DNA of 63,938 nt, filler included, from an uncultured Ignavibacteriales bacterium (GTDB lineage Bacteria > Zixibacteria > MSB-5A5 > GN15 > JAAZOE01): NCBI GenBank assembly GCA_964611355.1. It is 3 parts of 3 records of this genome, joined end to end, with 100 filler letters (N's around TTAATTAATTAA, not from the genome) between each part and the next. Parts side by side here need not be neighbours in the genome. Positions count along the whole stretch, not along the records: positions 1 to 24,461 come from CAZSYD010000034.1; positions 24,562 to 48,695 come from CAZSYD010000035.1; 1 more part is not named here. One strand, given 5' to 3'. A program made the position numbers and the translations under genes. The notes below the pieces were generated by a model that was not told the DNA's origin, did no database searches, and worked only from the letters and a program-made list of their open reading frames with translations. Positions 20,502-30,615 of this stretch are shown one piece after another. Numbering within the stretch: position 1 is the stretch's first letter; each line of letters starts with the position of its first letter.

Positions 20502-23168
20502 ATGGCCGAAATGAGGAAAAAGGGGAAACCATACGATCCGAAACAGGCTGAGGACCGATGGTTTCAAACCTGGCTGAATGCCGGATACTTCGAGGGTGAC
20601 CCGCATTCCGATAAAAAGGCCTATACTATTGTCATTCCGCCACCCAATGTTACCGACATCCTCCACCTGGGCCACGCTCTGAATAATACCATTCAGGATA
20701 TCCTGATTCGATATCACCGGATGAGCGGTTACGAAGCCGAATGGCTGCCCGGTTCCGACCACGCCGGCATTGCCACGCAGGTTATAGTCGAAAAACAGCT
20801 GGCCGGGGAAGGCATCACCCGGCGGGAACTGGGCCGGGAGAAATTCCTGGAAAGGGTTAAAGCCTGGGCCTATCATAATAAGGATATTATCCTGGGGCAA
20901 CTCAGGAAAATGGGCTGCTCATGCGACTGGAATCGCACCCGCTTTACGCTCGACGAGAACCTCTCCCGGGCGGTTACCGAGGTATTCCTGCGGCTTTACA
21001 AGAAGGGTCTGATCTATCGCGGCAGCCGAATCGTTAACTGGTGTCCTCTCGATCAGACTTCGATTTCCGACGATGAAGTAGAACATATGGAAATCGACAG
21101 CCACCTCTGGTATATCAGGTATAAACTCAAGGGCAGCGACGAGTATATGATAGTCGCCACCACCCGGCCGGAGACAATGTTGGGCGATACCGCCCTGGCC
21201 GTCAATCCCACCGACACGCGGTTCAAAAAATATGTCGGCAAAACAGTTATGCTGCCGATTCTGGAACGAGAGATCCCGATCGTCGCCGATAATTTCGTTG
21301 ACCCGGAATTCGGAACCGGCGTCGTCAAGGTAACCCCGGCTCATGATCCCAATGATTTCGAGATCGGCCGGCGCCACGACCTCGCACAGGTAAACATCAT
21401 GAACCTCGACGGCACTCTCAACGAAAACGCCGGCAAATATAAAGGTCTTGACCGCTTTGAGGGACGCAAGCAGCTTCTCAAGGACCTTGAGGCCAAAGGA
21501 TATCTGGTCAAAACGGAGAAATACAGGCTTTCGGTCGGCGTTCACGACCGTTGCAAAACAGTTGTCGAACCGATGCTGTCCGAGCAATGGTTTGTTAAAA
21601 TGAAACCTCTGGCCGAACCTGCCATTGAGGCTTTGAAATCAGGCAAGCTCCGTTTCCACCCGGATCACTGGTCGAAAACCTACCTGCACTGGATGGAAAA
21701 TATCCGCGACTGGTGTATATCGCGGCAGCTCTGGTGGGGGCATCGCATCCCTGTCTATTACTGTCAGGACTGCGGCGAAGCAATCGCTTCCGCAACCGCT
21801 CCCGAAAAATGCCCGAAATGCGAATCGACCAATATCCTTCAGGAAGAAGACGTTCTCGATACATGGTTTTCGTCCTGGCTCTGGCCGTTCTCCGTATTCG
21901 GCTGGCCGGAGGAAACCGATCTTCTCAGGAAATTCTATCCCACTGATGTCCTGGTTACCGCCTCTGAAATAATTTTCCTCTGGGTCGCCCGAATGGTCAT
22001 GGCCGGTTATGAATTCATGGGCGAGATACCATTTACCGACGTTTATATCCACGGCACCGTGCGCGACGCCAACGGCGTAAAAATGTCGAAATCTCTCGGC
22101 AACGGGATTGATCCTTTAGAGATCATTAAACAGCATGGCGCCGATGCCCTCAGGATTTCATTGATCCTGGCCACGCCGGATGGCCAGGACCCGTGGATCG
22201 GCCATAACAGTTTTGAGCTGGGCCGCAATTTTAACAACAAAATCTGGAACGCGGCGCGATTTGTCATCATGAACCTGGGCGACGACAAGATCAATCTCGA
22301 CTACCTGCCCAAAGACAGGCTGATCTTAATCGATCACTGGATTCTATCTCGAATGGAAAAAACTATCAAGGCAGTCAATCACGCTTTTGACGATTTCAAG
22401 CTCAACACCGCCGCCAAGCTACTCTATGATTTTGCCTGGAAAGATTTCTGCGACTGGTACATTGAACTGATCAAGGCGCGTCTTTCCGGCAGCGATACGG
22501 AGGATAAGCGAACGGCTCAGCACGTTTCCGGGTACGTTCTGAAACGCATTATACTGTTGCTCCACCCGTTTATTCCGTTTGTCACCGAGGAAATCTACCA
22601 GCAAATAGACGGCGGCAACGGAGACGGCCGGAGGACAATTACTTTTGGGCCCTGGCCAGCAGTTGAAGGCGACTTTGAAGACGACGAACTGGAAAACAGG
22701 CTGGCCCATATCCAGACGCTGGTCAATGCCATCCGCAACGTTCGAGCGGAGATGAATGTGCCCCCGGGAAAAAGAGCTGACGTTCATGTTCGTATTGATG
22801 ATCCGCAACTTGGCGAAATCCTCGACGAATATTTTAATTACTACAAGAATCTGGCCAGGATTGATAACGCCATCATCGGCGAGCGAGTCAAAAAGCCTCC
22901 CATGTCGGCTTCGGCAGTTTTGCCCGGGGCCGAGATTTTTATCCCTCTGGAAGGATTGATTGATATCGATGCTGAACGTAAACGCCTTGGCAAGGAACTG
23001 GACAATCTTAAAAATCAGCTCGAAAAGCTTTCCCGCAAGCTGGCCAACCCCGATTACCTGGCCAACGCTCCGGCAGACGTCGTCAGCCGCGATAAGGTCA
23101 AAAAACTCGATTTTGAAGACCGGGTCGAAAAACTCAATAAGAACCTTGAGCAGTTGATGAGCTGGTAA
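20502..23168 (+). CDS. valS: Valine--tRNA ligase
   Basis: PPPNVT..LHLGHA, DHAGIATQ, DWCISRQLWWGH, KMSKS, C-terminal coiled coil; ATG after GAGGAG. Confidence 0.98.
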   Translation: MAEMRKKGKPYDPKQAEDRWFQTWLNAGYFEGDPHSDKKAYTIVIPPPNVTDILHLGHALNNTIQDILIRYHRMSGYEAEWLPGSDHAGIATQVIVEKQLAGEGITRRELGREKFLERVKAWAYHNKDIILGQLRKMGCSCDWNRTRFTLDENLSRAVTEVFLRLYKKGLIYRGSRIVNWCPLDQTSISDDEVEHMEIDSHLWYIRYKLKGSDEYMIVATTRPETMLGDTALAVNPTDTRFKKYVGKTVMLPILEREIPIVADNFVDPEFGTGVVKVTPAHDPNDFEIGRRHDLAQVNIMNLDGTLNENAGKYKGLDRFEGRKQLLKDLEAKGYLVKTEKYRLSVGVHDRCKTVVEPMLSEQWFVKMKPLAEPAIEALKSGKLRFHPDHWSKTYLHWMENIRDWCISRQLWWGHRIPVYYCQDCGEAIASATAPEKCPKCESTNILQEEDVLDTWFSSWLWPFSVFGWPEETDLLRKFYPTDVLVTASEIIFLWVARMVMAGYEFMGEIPFTDVYIHGTVRDANGVKMSKSLGNGIDPLEIIKQHGADALRISLILATPDGQDPWIGHNSFELGRNFNNKIWNAARFVIMNLGDDKINLDYLPKDRLILIDHWILSRMEKTIKAVNHAFDDFKLNTAAKLLYDFAWKDFCDWYIELIKARLSGSDTEDKRTAQHVSGYVLKRIILLLHPFIPFVTEEIYQQIDGGNGDGRRTITFGPWPAVEGDFEDDELENRLAHIQTLVNAIRNVRAEMNVPPGKRADVHVRIDDPQLGEILDEYFNYYKNLARIDNAIIGERVKKPPMSASAVLPGAEIFIPLEGLIDIDAERKRLGKELDNLKNQLEKLSRKLANPDYLANAPADVVSRDKVKKLDFEDRVEKLNKNLEQLMSW

Positions 23169-23195
23169 AATAAAAAACTGACGATTCGATTTAAC

Positions 23196-23230
23196 AAGCC
23201 CGGCTGATAATAAAATCAGCCGGGTTTTTT
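23196..23230 (+). terminator. Intrinsic terminator after valS
   Basis: AAGCCCGGCTGAT-loop-ATCAGCCGGGTTTTTT. Confidence 0.8.
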
Positions 23231-23280
23231 ATGCCAATGGCCGAAGCTTTTGCTATTGCCTTCCGCATGCCAATTAATAT

Positions 23281-24461
23281 ATGTTGGGTTTTTCTGGAGG
23301 TAAGTCGGCTTTGCCCAGAGGAATAAAACTCACTGCAAAAATAATATTCCTTATTCTGATAGTTTTGTACGCTGCACATCTGGTTGAACATGTCTGGCCG
23401 CACACCGCCGGGCTGCAATGGGATTTTACCATTTATTACTACGCCGCCGAGGCTCACAGCCGGGGTCTTGATCCCTATCAGTTGGAAAACCTTTCGCAAG
23501 TGTCAGGCCAGGATTTATGGCTGCCTTTCGTCTACCCGCCTTCAACATTATGGTTTTTCAGGATATTTAATCATTTCTCCTTTTCGACGGCTTACCATAT
23601 TTGGCTGCTTGGTAAAGTACTTTTATTGGTAATCTTGATTTTCATCTGGAGTAAATACTTTCTGGATAATCGATTTTCAGTTCTGTTTATCCTATTTGTG
23701 CTATTGGCGTACGATTCCGCCGTTTACTGGGATATCAAGTCGGGCAATATTTCTATGTTGGAACAGTTTTTTATTTGGACAGCTTTTGCTTTTTATATAA
23801 AAAAGAAACCGATATTATTTGCTGCCTTAATAGTATTGATAGCCATATTCAAATTTACGCCTGCGTTCTTTTTGCTTTTATTGTTATTTTCGGGCTCGGA
23901 GAAAAAATGGCGGAACTTTGCCTGTGCCGGGGGAATATTCCTGACGCTCATTTTTATCAGCTATTTAAGCCAGCCGGAACTGTTCAGGGCATATATTGAT
24001 AATGCTCTGGCCATTGATGAACGGGCCAACCATTTCAACTACGGCATGCTGGCCTTTATGCAGGATATTTTCAATACCGCTGGAGGGACGAAATTACCTT
24101 CGCTCAAGGGAATTATACCGTTCTCGGCCTACCTGATTACCGCGCTGGCAATCTGTCTGGTCAGTATGCGTTCTTTGAACTGGAGATTATCAGACAGCAG
24201 GTTCTGGGATAACCGGTTGACGGTCTTATTGTCCTGTGCGATTTACGTTCTTATTCTGCCGCGATTCAAATGCTACTCGTTCATTATTCTGATACCCCCC
24301 AGCTATTATATAATGAAATATTACGTAAGCACAAAAGCATTTCCGTTTATTCTTCTGCTTTTGCTGATTCCGGTAAGCACCCCGCTGCCGGAGGGGAGGG
24401 TGATCGACATGTTTTTCCGATATTATCCGCTTTATATGTCGTTTATAATATGGGTACTTTT
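23281..24461 (+). CDS. GT-C fold membrane glycosyltransferase (GT87/DUF2029-like), 3' end cut by the contig end
   Basis: WDFTIYYYAA...DPY, PFVYPP, GNIS, AIFKFTP motifs; many TM helices. Confidence 0.8.
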
Positions 24462-24561
24462 NNNNNNNNNNNNNNNNNNNNNNNNNNNNNNNNNNNNNNN
24501 NNNNNTTAATTAATTAANNNNNNNNNNNNNNNNNNNNNNNNNNNNNNNNNNNNNNNNNNNN
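24462..24561. other. Synthetic contig spacer
   Basis: N44-TTAATTAATTAA-N44; the 12-mer gives stops in all six frames. Confidence 0.97.
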
Positions 24562-24585
24562 GCTTAAAATATCCCGTACAAATAA

Positions 24586-24807
24586 TGTGACTATCTTGTG
24601 ACCGGATCGCTCTGTTAACTCCCAATATAACCGGAGTCGTGAGAACAGAGTCTGGCTATTATTTAAGACATATATAGCCCCATTACTTGCCTTAAAGGAA
24701 ATCAGGGTTGTGTGTGACGTCAGGCGACTTTTCGTTTAGAGCGAATTTTAATCTCAACCGGTATTATATCATCTGCACTTAAAGTGCGTGTCCCCTCGGG
24801 GACGCCA
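24586..24807 (+). mobile_element. Putative right end (attR) of an element integrated at tRNA-Glu
   Basis: Arm-site-like direct repeat TGTGACTATCTTGTGACC (24586-24603) and isolated tRNA-Glu 3' end TCCCCTCGGGGACGCCA (24791-24807) without the rest of the tRNA. Confidence 0.55.
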
Positions 24808-24883
24808 GAATTGATGGATCGAGACGATGCGATAAAGAAGGAAGTGGAGCGAGGTCATCACCGTCGCCGGAAGCAGTGGGATA

Positions 24884-25567
24884 TTAAACAGTTGAGGGGT
24901 TGGCTTCCTTTTTCTTGGCTATTTGATTTCCGAGCCAGGTGTACCAGTTATCCAAGCCCTGGCCGGTTTTGCAGGATACTTCAAATATCTTCAGAGCGGC
25001 ATTTATATTCCGTGCATTGCGCAGGGCCTCGTCAGCTCTAAAATCGGAATAACCCAGCAGATCAATCTTATTCAATATCAAAACCGACGATTTGCGAAAC
25101 ATCGATGGATATTTAAGCGGCTTGTCATCGCCTTCGGTAGTGCTGATCAGAACAACCTTCATATCTTCACCCAGATGGTAAGACGAAGGGCAAACCAGAT
25201 TACCGACATTTTCAATGAACAGCACGTCAATATCGTCAAGATTAAGGTCGTCGATGGCCTTAAGGATCATTCGGGCGTCAAGGTGGCAGGCCCCGCCGGT
25301 GGTAAGCGCCCGTATTATTCCGCCGCCGGTTTTTTCCAGCCGTTTGGCGTCGTTTTCCGTCTGAACATCGCCGGCAATAACGGCCATACGCACTTTACCC
25401 TTCAAGGCGCTCAGGGTATTCTCCAGCAGGCTCGTTTTTCCCGAGCCCGGAGAACTGACAAGATTGAGCGATAAAATACGACGTTCCGCAAGCATTTGCC
25501 GTATCTCCTGCGCCAGTTCATCATTTTTGGAGAGAACCTTTTTTTCGATAGGAATCTTTGTGTTCAT
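24884..25567 (-). CDS. hypB: Hydrogenase nickel incorporation GTPase
   Basis: SSPGSGKTSLLE, GDVQT, GACHLDA, ENVGNLVCP, EGDDKPLKYP, NKIDL. Confidence 0.97.
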   Translation of the reverse strand: MNTKIPIEKKVLSKNDELAQEIRQMLAERRILSLNLVSSPGSGKTSLLENTLSALKGKVRMAVIAGDVQTENDAKRLEKTGGGIIRALTTGGACHLDARMILKAIDDLNLDDIDVLFIENVGNLVCPSSYHLGEDMKVVLISTTEGDDKPLKYPSMFRKSSVLILNKIDLLGYSDFRADEALRNARNINAALKIFEVSCKTGQGLDNWYTWLGNQIAKKKEANPSTV

Positions 25568-25676
25568 ATTTCAACCTAAAGACAAATAAAATCCACAAAA
25601 GCTCCGCCCCGGCCGTCACCCGCACTTTCCGCTTTTTTCGACGGAAAATCCGGCCTATTTGCAGCCGTGGCCTTTC

Positions 25677-26018
25677 TTATTCCCCGACCAGATGATCAAT
25701 ATCCAGTTCCTCGCCCTGAGTTATTTCCATGTCAGTAGAACAGCAATGGGGGCAGACAAAAGTAAACTCATCCACTTCGAAATTTTTCCTGCAGGTACGG
25801 CATTTCCCTTTTATGGGAATTCTTTCGATTATCAGCTTTGCGTCGGCCAGGGGGGTATCGATTATGCCCGCTTCAAAGCCGAAGGACAAAGCGTCAGGAT
25901 TAAGACCGGTGAGAGCCCCAAGACGGATATTGACCGCTTCCACCTTTTTCAATTTCAGCCTGGCCATCTCTTTTTCCACAATACTAATTATTTCTTGTGC
26001 TACACCAAGCTCATGCAC
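25677..26018 (-). CDS. hypA: Hydrogenase maturation nickel metallochaperone
   Basis: MHE N-terminus, CRTC and CPHC zinc motifs, GEEL. Confidence 0.97.
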   Translation of the reverse strand: MHELGVAQEIISIVEKEMARLKLKKVEAVNIRLGALTGLNPDALSFGFEAGIIDTPLADAKLIIERIPIKGKCRTCRKNFEVDEFTFVCPHCCSTDMEITQGEELDIDHLVGE

Positions 26019-26097
26019 AGCGGCACCTCTCCTGATTACGGACGTGGTCGAGTTTGTTCAAGTGACGTCGAATCGGCCGCCAGGCCGGCGTTATTTT

Positions 26098-27443
26098 TGT
26101 ATGACCTGTTACATAAGTTACACATTAAACCGGTTACATAGGTAACACTATTTTTAATTAATTTCATTATTGATATCTTTGTTTTTTCCTTTTAATTTGC
26201 CTTGGCAGGTGAATCAATCGTTTTTCATAGCTGTCGAGTTGTGCCAGCCTGACCGGTCCAAAATAGATATCCCATATTCGATCCGTCTTTTGGCGCAGGC
26301 CGACCAATTCACCGGCCAGAGTCTCACTCAGATAGATATGGCGACTTTTCCATGAGATATCTCCCTGAGACTTAACCGATCGAATAGCCATGTCATCGGG
26401 ATAGGTCATCTCAGAAAGGATCAGGGGATACTCTCGAGACGATGGAATATACAGATCAGCCGGAGTCTGCATATTGATCGATTCGTGTGGACGGTCATGA
26501 TTGTACTCATGTAGAAAGTCAATGAAGGCTTGCTGCTGAGCACGCCAAGTGCGCTTCGGCGGTGATGCTGTCTCTTGTTTCAATGTTCGATGCATTCGCT
26601 CATGACGGCCATTCTGAGCAGGTTTACCCGGCTCGATCCTCTCCGTAACAATCCCCAGTTTCAACCACCAAATAGATAAACGTGAAAGAGAACCGACGGT
26701 CGTCGTCGCAAACGGCGGGCCGTTGTCGGTCCGAATCGCCGTCGGTAGTCCGTATTCCCGGAAAGCCGCCTCAAAAACCGGCTTGGCTGATTCATAACCG
26801 GTAGTCGGCCTTATGGCCTGACAACGAAGCAAATAACGACTATAGTTATCCGTTATTGTTAACGGATCGCAGCGACTACCATCACCGATAGTAAGCCAAC
26901 CTTTGAAATCGGCGCTCCAGACAGCATTGGGAGATTCACAGCCAACAAATGGTTGATCATATGCCCGAGTCTTGCGGCTGCGACGACGGGGAACTGTCAA
27001 TCCGTGGCGGCGAAGAATCTCACCCATAGTACTTACCGATGGCCAATTAACCAAACCATGGTGACGTTGAAGCCACGCACGAAGCTTCTTCGGGCCCCAA
27101 CTCGGATGACTAACGCGAGCCGCCACAATGGCATGACCAATTGACTCTGATATCGCATTGGGATGATGATGGCGAGCCCGACTACGATCACGAAGACCAT
27201 CTACTCCCTCATTAAAATAACGACGAATAATTTTGTAGCCCGTCTTGCGACTGATACCAAACTCGCGACATAATGCGGCCATTGAATACTCTTGTTCCAA
27301 ATAATATACCACAAACTTCATACGCTCTTCCATAGGATAGGTCTCTTTCCACGGCACAATCTTACCTCCTTAGATTATACCGTTATTCTACCTGTTACCT
27401 ATCTGCCCGGTTCAAACTGTTACCTATCTACCCGGTTCATACC
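26098..27443 (-). mobile_element. IS481-family insertion sequence
   Basis: Imperfect terminal inverted repeats (TGTATGACCTGTTACATAAGTTACA... versus reverse complement GGTATGAACCGGGTAGATAGGTAACA...), with tandem 25-bp subrepeats at 27393-27417 and 27418-27442, enclosing the transposase. Confidence 0.85.
26167..27357 (-). CDS. IS481-family DDE transposase
   Basis: MPWKE, LCREFGISRKTGYK HTH, WSADFKG, IRTDNGPPF, QNGRHERMHRTLK, YNHDRPHE; GTG start after AGGAGG. Confidence 0.93.
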   Translation of the reverse strand: MPWKETYPMEERMKFVVYYLEQEYSMAALCREFGISRKTGYKIIRRYFNEGVDGLRDRSRARHHHPNAISESIGHAIVAARVSHPSWGPKKLRAWLQRHHGLVNWPSVSTMGEILRRHGLTVPRRRSRKTRAYDQPFVGCESPNAVWSADFKGWLTIGDGSRCDPLTITDNYSRYLLRCQAIRPTTGYESAKPVFEAAFREYGLPTAIRTDNGPPFATTTVGSLSRLSIWWLKLGIVTERIEPGKPAQNGRHERMHRTLKQETASPPKRTWRAQQQAFIDFLHEYNHDRPHESINMQTPADLYIPSSREYPLILSEMTYPDDMAIRSVKSQGDISWKSRHIYLSETLAGELVGLRQKTDRIWDIYFGPVRLAQLDSYEKRLIHLPRQIKRKKQRYQ

Positions 27444-27755
27444 TGCCAAATAAACAGAAATATCGACGGATAATCCCGTTTTGGCTCCTATATATTTATA
27501 CTTGATAGCAATCTATTCAATATGAACCACAGGCGAATGCCAATTACTAAATTCCATATTATGTGACCGAAAACTCGGGTGTGTATTATCAAAATATGCC
27601 GGAAATTTTTGAACACCGGCGCCAAAATAGTTGATCATGCCCAAAGCAGTTATAGCCCTTGCCACTGTCGTATGTCTGAAACCTGCAAAAATCTTTCTGG
27701 GGAAATAAAGAAAGCGGGTCCGGCCAAATCAGTTTATGCCTTGTCTCTTATAAAC

Positions 27756-30389
27756 TTAGGCCTTATGGTTCGGCATTGATAGAGTGACATCTCTCTCGAA
27801 GCTCGTCAATTCCGTTTCAAGGCGTTTTATTTCCGTTTTCAGCCTGTCGAAAAGGGGATTTGCATCTTCGAAGTTGCTATTGCGGCTCTTGTTCAGAATT
27901 TCCTGAACGGTTGCACTAACGGCGGTGGCTCCCAGGCTGGTCGCAACGCCGATTAGAGTCCTGGCGGCCCTGGTAAGTTCGTCAATGTCGCTGTTCCCGA
28001 TCGCCTGGTCGATTCTTGAGAGATATCTGCCGCTTTCCTCTTCAAATACATCCAGTATTTCAAACAGGAGATCATAGTCGCCGTCCGCGGCCGCCAGCGC
28101 CTTTTCGCGATCGAATATTTTTGCGATTTCGCCTGGCTCGGAATAGGGGGAATCCTTTTTCACCGGGTACTTGTCGATTAAATCGCCAAGACTATCATAA
28201 ATGGCGCCATACCCATTTACCGTACATATATAATCATCCATCCCGACCTGAAGGCATCTTTCGCGGCTTTCTTCACTTTCGTCGGTCGAGATGCCAATGA
28301 TGGGAATATGCCCTATGCCGTTTTTTTCTCCTTCACGAATCGCCCGGACAGCTTCAAACGATCCCGCCGCAGGCACTAACACGTCTATAACAATGGCAGA
28401 GTATTCCGCCGATTCAGCTTTGCCAATAACTTCCGAGCCGTTTGACAGGAGGGCAACGCGATAATTGCGCTTTTCCAGGAGCTTTTTCGCCAGCACCTGC
28501 GTTATTCTGTCCTGCGCCACCAGAAGAAGCATGCCGCCTTCGCCATCATGTAAAGCCTGCGGTGCGGATGTTTCCATTGATGGCTGTCCTCCGTCAGTCT
28601 CCTGCCCGGACGTTTCGGAGGCGTCGTCTTTTTTGCCTGCGGCCTGCCCGATCGCCACGTAAAGCTCTTTTTGCCTGATAGGTTTTTTTACGATGCTTGT
28701 TATGCCAAACTCTTCGAAACGGTCGGTTTCGTCAGCGTTATGCGTAGCGCTTAATAAAATGATGGCTATTTTCTTATGCCAATCATACTCCTGAATTCGT
28801 CTTGCCACCTCAAGGCCGTCCATCTCCGGCATATGGGCATCGAGCAGGATAACGGAGTAGAAAGAATTCTTCTCGGCGGCCATCATCAGCATATCCAGCG
28901 CCTCTTTGCCGCCTGCGGCCAGAGTCGGCTCCCATCCCCAGGTTTCAAGCAATGTCCGAAACATTAACCGGTTGGTGGCGTTGTCATCAACGACCAATGC
29001 TTTCCGCGTGATCGGCTCAGTTGCGTCAGTGCCGATAAGCGGGTAATTCTGCGATCTCTGAATATCCAGCCACAAGGTAAAATGGAATCTGGTTCCCGGT
29101 TTACTTTCATCGGACGGGTTTGCCGGGCTCTCCACCCAGATTTCCCCTCCCATCAGTTCAACCATTTGTTTTGATATGGCCAACCCCAGATCGGTCCTGA
29201 TATCTCCCCGGCCGGGGGAGTCGTCATCCCGGGCAAATCTCGCAAAAACATCGCCCTGTTGATCTTCCGGAAGGCCCGGCCCGGAATTGGCGACACTGAA
29301 GTGAAAGATGGGAAGAAGATGCGACCAGGCCTCAACTTCCGCCCGGACGCTGATTTCGCCCTCAGCAGTTGACTCCAGGGCGTTCTCTAACAGGTTTTCC
29401 AATATCTGACGCAGCCGCCCGGCATCGCCGGCAACGCCATCCGGAACCAGAGGATCGATAAAGGTAATAGCTTCAATGCCGCGGTCGTGAGAGCGCGCGG
29501 CGAAGGAATCGATTACCGAGCCAATAAGTTCGCGCAGGCTGAAATCCGTTTTCTGCTGTTGAAATCGTCCGGCTTCAAAATCGGCATAGTCAATGACGTC
29601 ACCGGCAAACCGGTTTAGACGACCGATTACAGCCTTGATATTATTCAGAAAACTGTTCTGCTCTTCGGTCAAATCAGTCGTCAGGAATTCCTGAGTGGCG
29701 TCGGTTATGGCCTTTATATCAGTATTGATTTCTCTGCCTAAATTCCCGATGAACCCCTTTAAAGCCGCGATTGACTCATCAGCTTTGCTTTTTATCGTTT
29801 TGATTCGCGACGCATAGTTGTAAAAACTGGCTTCATATTCCTTTGCGGCCTGCCTGGCTATTTCGAGATCATTAGTATAGACCTTCAGCCGATCCTCAAC
29901 CTCCCTGCGTTCCACAAACAATCCGATTCCCCGACTGACCATTTCAACCAGATTTTTGTCTTCCCAGAGGAGCACTCCGTCATAACCCTCGGGCCGACCT
30001 TCCGTGTAAAATACTTCAAAAGTCCCCGCCGACTCGCCTGAAACGATGATATCGGCGGCGTGTTTCCATTTGGTTTCCACGATGAAATTGGTCGTCTTGA
30101 ATTCCTTGTCGCCCAGAATGATACGAGCGCAGGTTTCGTCGGGACATTGCCATAACGGGGGAATCAGGTCCAAAATTTCCTGAAGAGCTTCGTCCGATGA
30201 AATGTCTGTTCTCGCGGTTAGTTTCAGCAATTCAAAAATAAAACCAAGCTCTTTGGTATGTTCTCCCGCGTCGTGCAGATATATCTCCAGCGCTTTCTCA
30301 ATGTGTTTACATTGCGCTTCCAATTCCCCAATGGTCTGACGGATTTTCGCCAATTCTTCGGCAGGCTGCATATTTATCCTGTTTGTCAT
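27756..30389 (-). CDS. Cytoplasmic hybrid sensor kinase-like protein (GAF-HisKA-HATPase-REC-REC-Hpt), catalytically degenerate
   Basis: GAF-like IPPLWQCPDETCARI; H-box reads NLGREINT; N-box RLRQILENLLENA; REC1 VVDD...LLDAHMPEMDG...KKP; REC2 degenerate; Hpt reads AARTLIG. Confidence 0.85.
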   Translation of the reverse strand: MTNRINMQPAEELAKIRQTIGELEAQCKHIEKALEIYLHDAGEHTKELGFIFELLKLTARTDISSDEALQEILDLIPPLWQCPDETCARIILGDKEFKTTNFIVETKWKHAADIIVSGESAGTFEVFYTEGRPEGYDGVLLWEDKNLVEMVSRGIGLFVERREVEDRLKVYTNDLEIARQAAKEYEASFYNYASRIKTIKSKADESIAALKGFIGNLGREINTDIKAITDATQEFLTTDLTEEQNSFLNNIKAVIGRLNRFAGDVIDYADFEAGRFQQQKTDFSLRELIGSVIDSFAARSHDRGIEAITFIDPLVPDGVAGDAGRLRQILENLLENALESTAEGEISVRAEVEAWSHLLPIFHFSVANSGPGLPEDQQGDVFARFARDDDSPGRGDIRTDLGLAISKQMVELMGGEIWVESPANPSDESKPGTRFHFTLWLDIQRSQNYPLIGTDATEPITRKALVVDDNATNRLMFRTLLETWGWEPTLAAGGKEALDMLMMAAEKNSFYSVILLDAHMPEMDGLEVARRIQEYDWHKKIAIILLSATHNADETDRFEEFGITSIVKKPIRQKELYVAIGQAAGKKDDASETSGQETDGGQPSMETSAPQALHDGEGGMLLLVAQDRITQVLAKKLLEKRNYRVALLSNGSEVIGKAESAEYSAIVIDVLVPAAGSFEAVRAIREGEKNGIGHIPIIGISTDESEESRERCLQVGMDDYICTVNGYGAIYDSLGDLIDKYPVKKDSPYSEPGEIAKIFDREKALAAADGDYDLLFEILDVFEEESGRYLSRIDQAIGNSDIDELTRAARTLIGVATSLGATAVSATVQEILNKSRNSNFEDANPLFDRLKTEIKRLETELTSFERDVTLSMPNHKA

Positions 30390-30615
30390 CTAACGCGCAG
30401 GCGCCGGATTAACGGTTGTTGCGGATAAAAACCCGGTCTGAATACCAAAGCGCGTTATACCCGATTGAGCCGGAGCAAAACATCTTACCGCCTTATGTAT
30501 CGGCCAAAAACGGCAATTTATGAAATGCCGTTTTCTACTAATCGGTGAGGTCAATCAGATAAGAATATTCCATGAATTTTTGGCGGCGGTGGAGAGTTCG
30601 CGTTATGAGAGAATC

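Noticed and set aside
24506..24517. TTAATTAATTAA palindrome, repeated at 48740-48751
   Set aside because: Artificial linker inside N-runs, not biological
24725..24807. Possible complete tRNA-Glu (TTCGTTTAGAG resembles the D-arm start)
   Set aside because: No acceptor-stem 5' strand, anticodon arm or TTCGA loop, and the spacing is wrong; only the 3' fragment is supported
27393..27442. 25-bp tandem repeat (also the 18-bp pair at 44083-44125) as a mini-CRISPR or iterons
   Set aside because: Only two copies, no unique spacers, no cas genes; explained as transposase-binding subrepeats of IS ends
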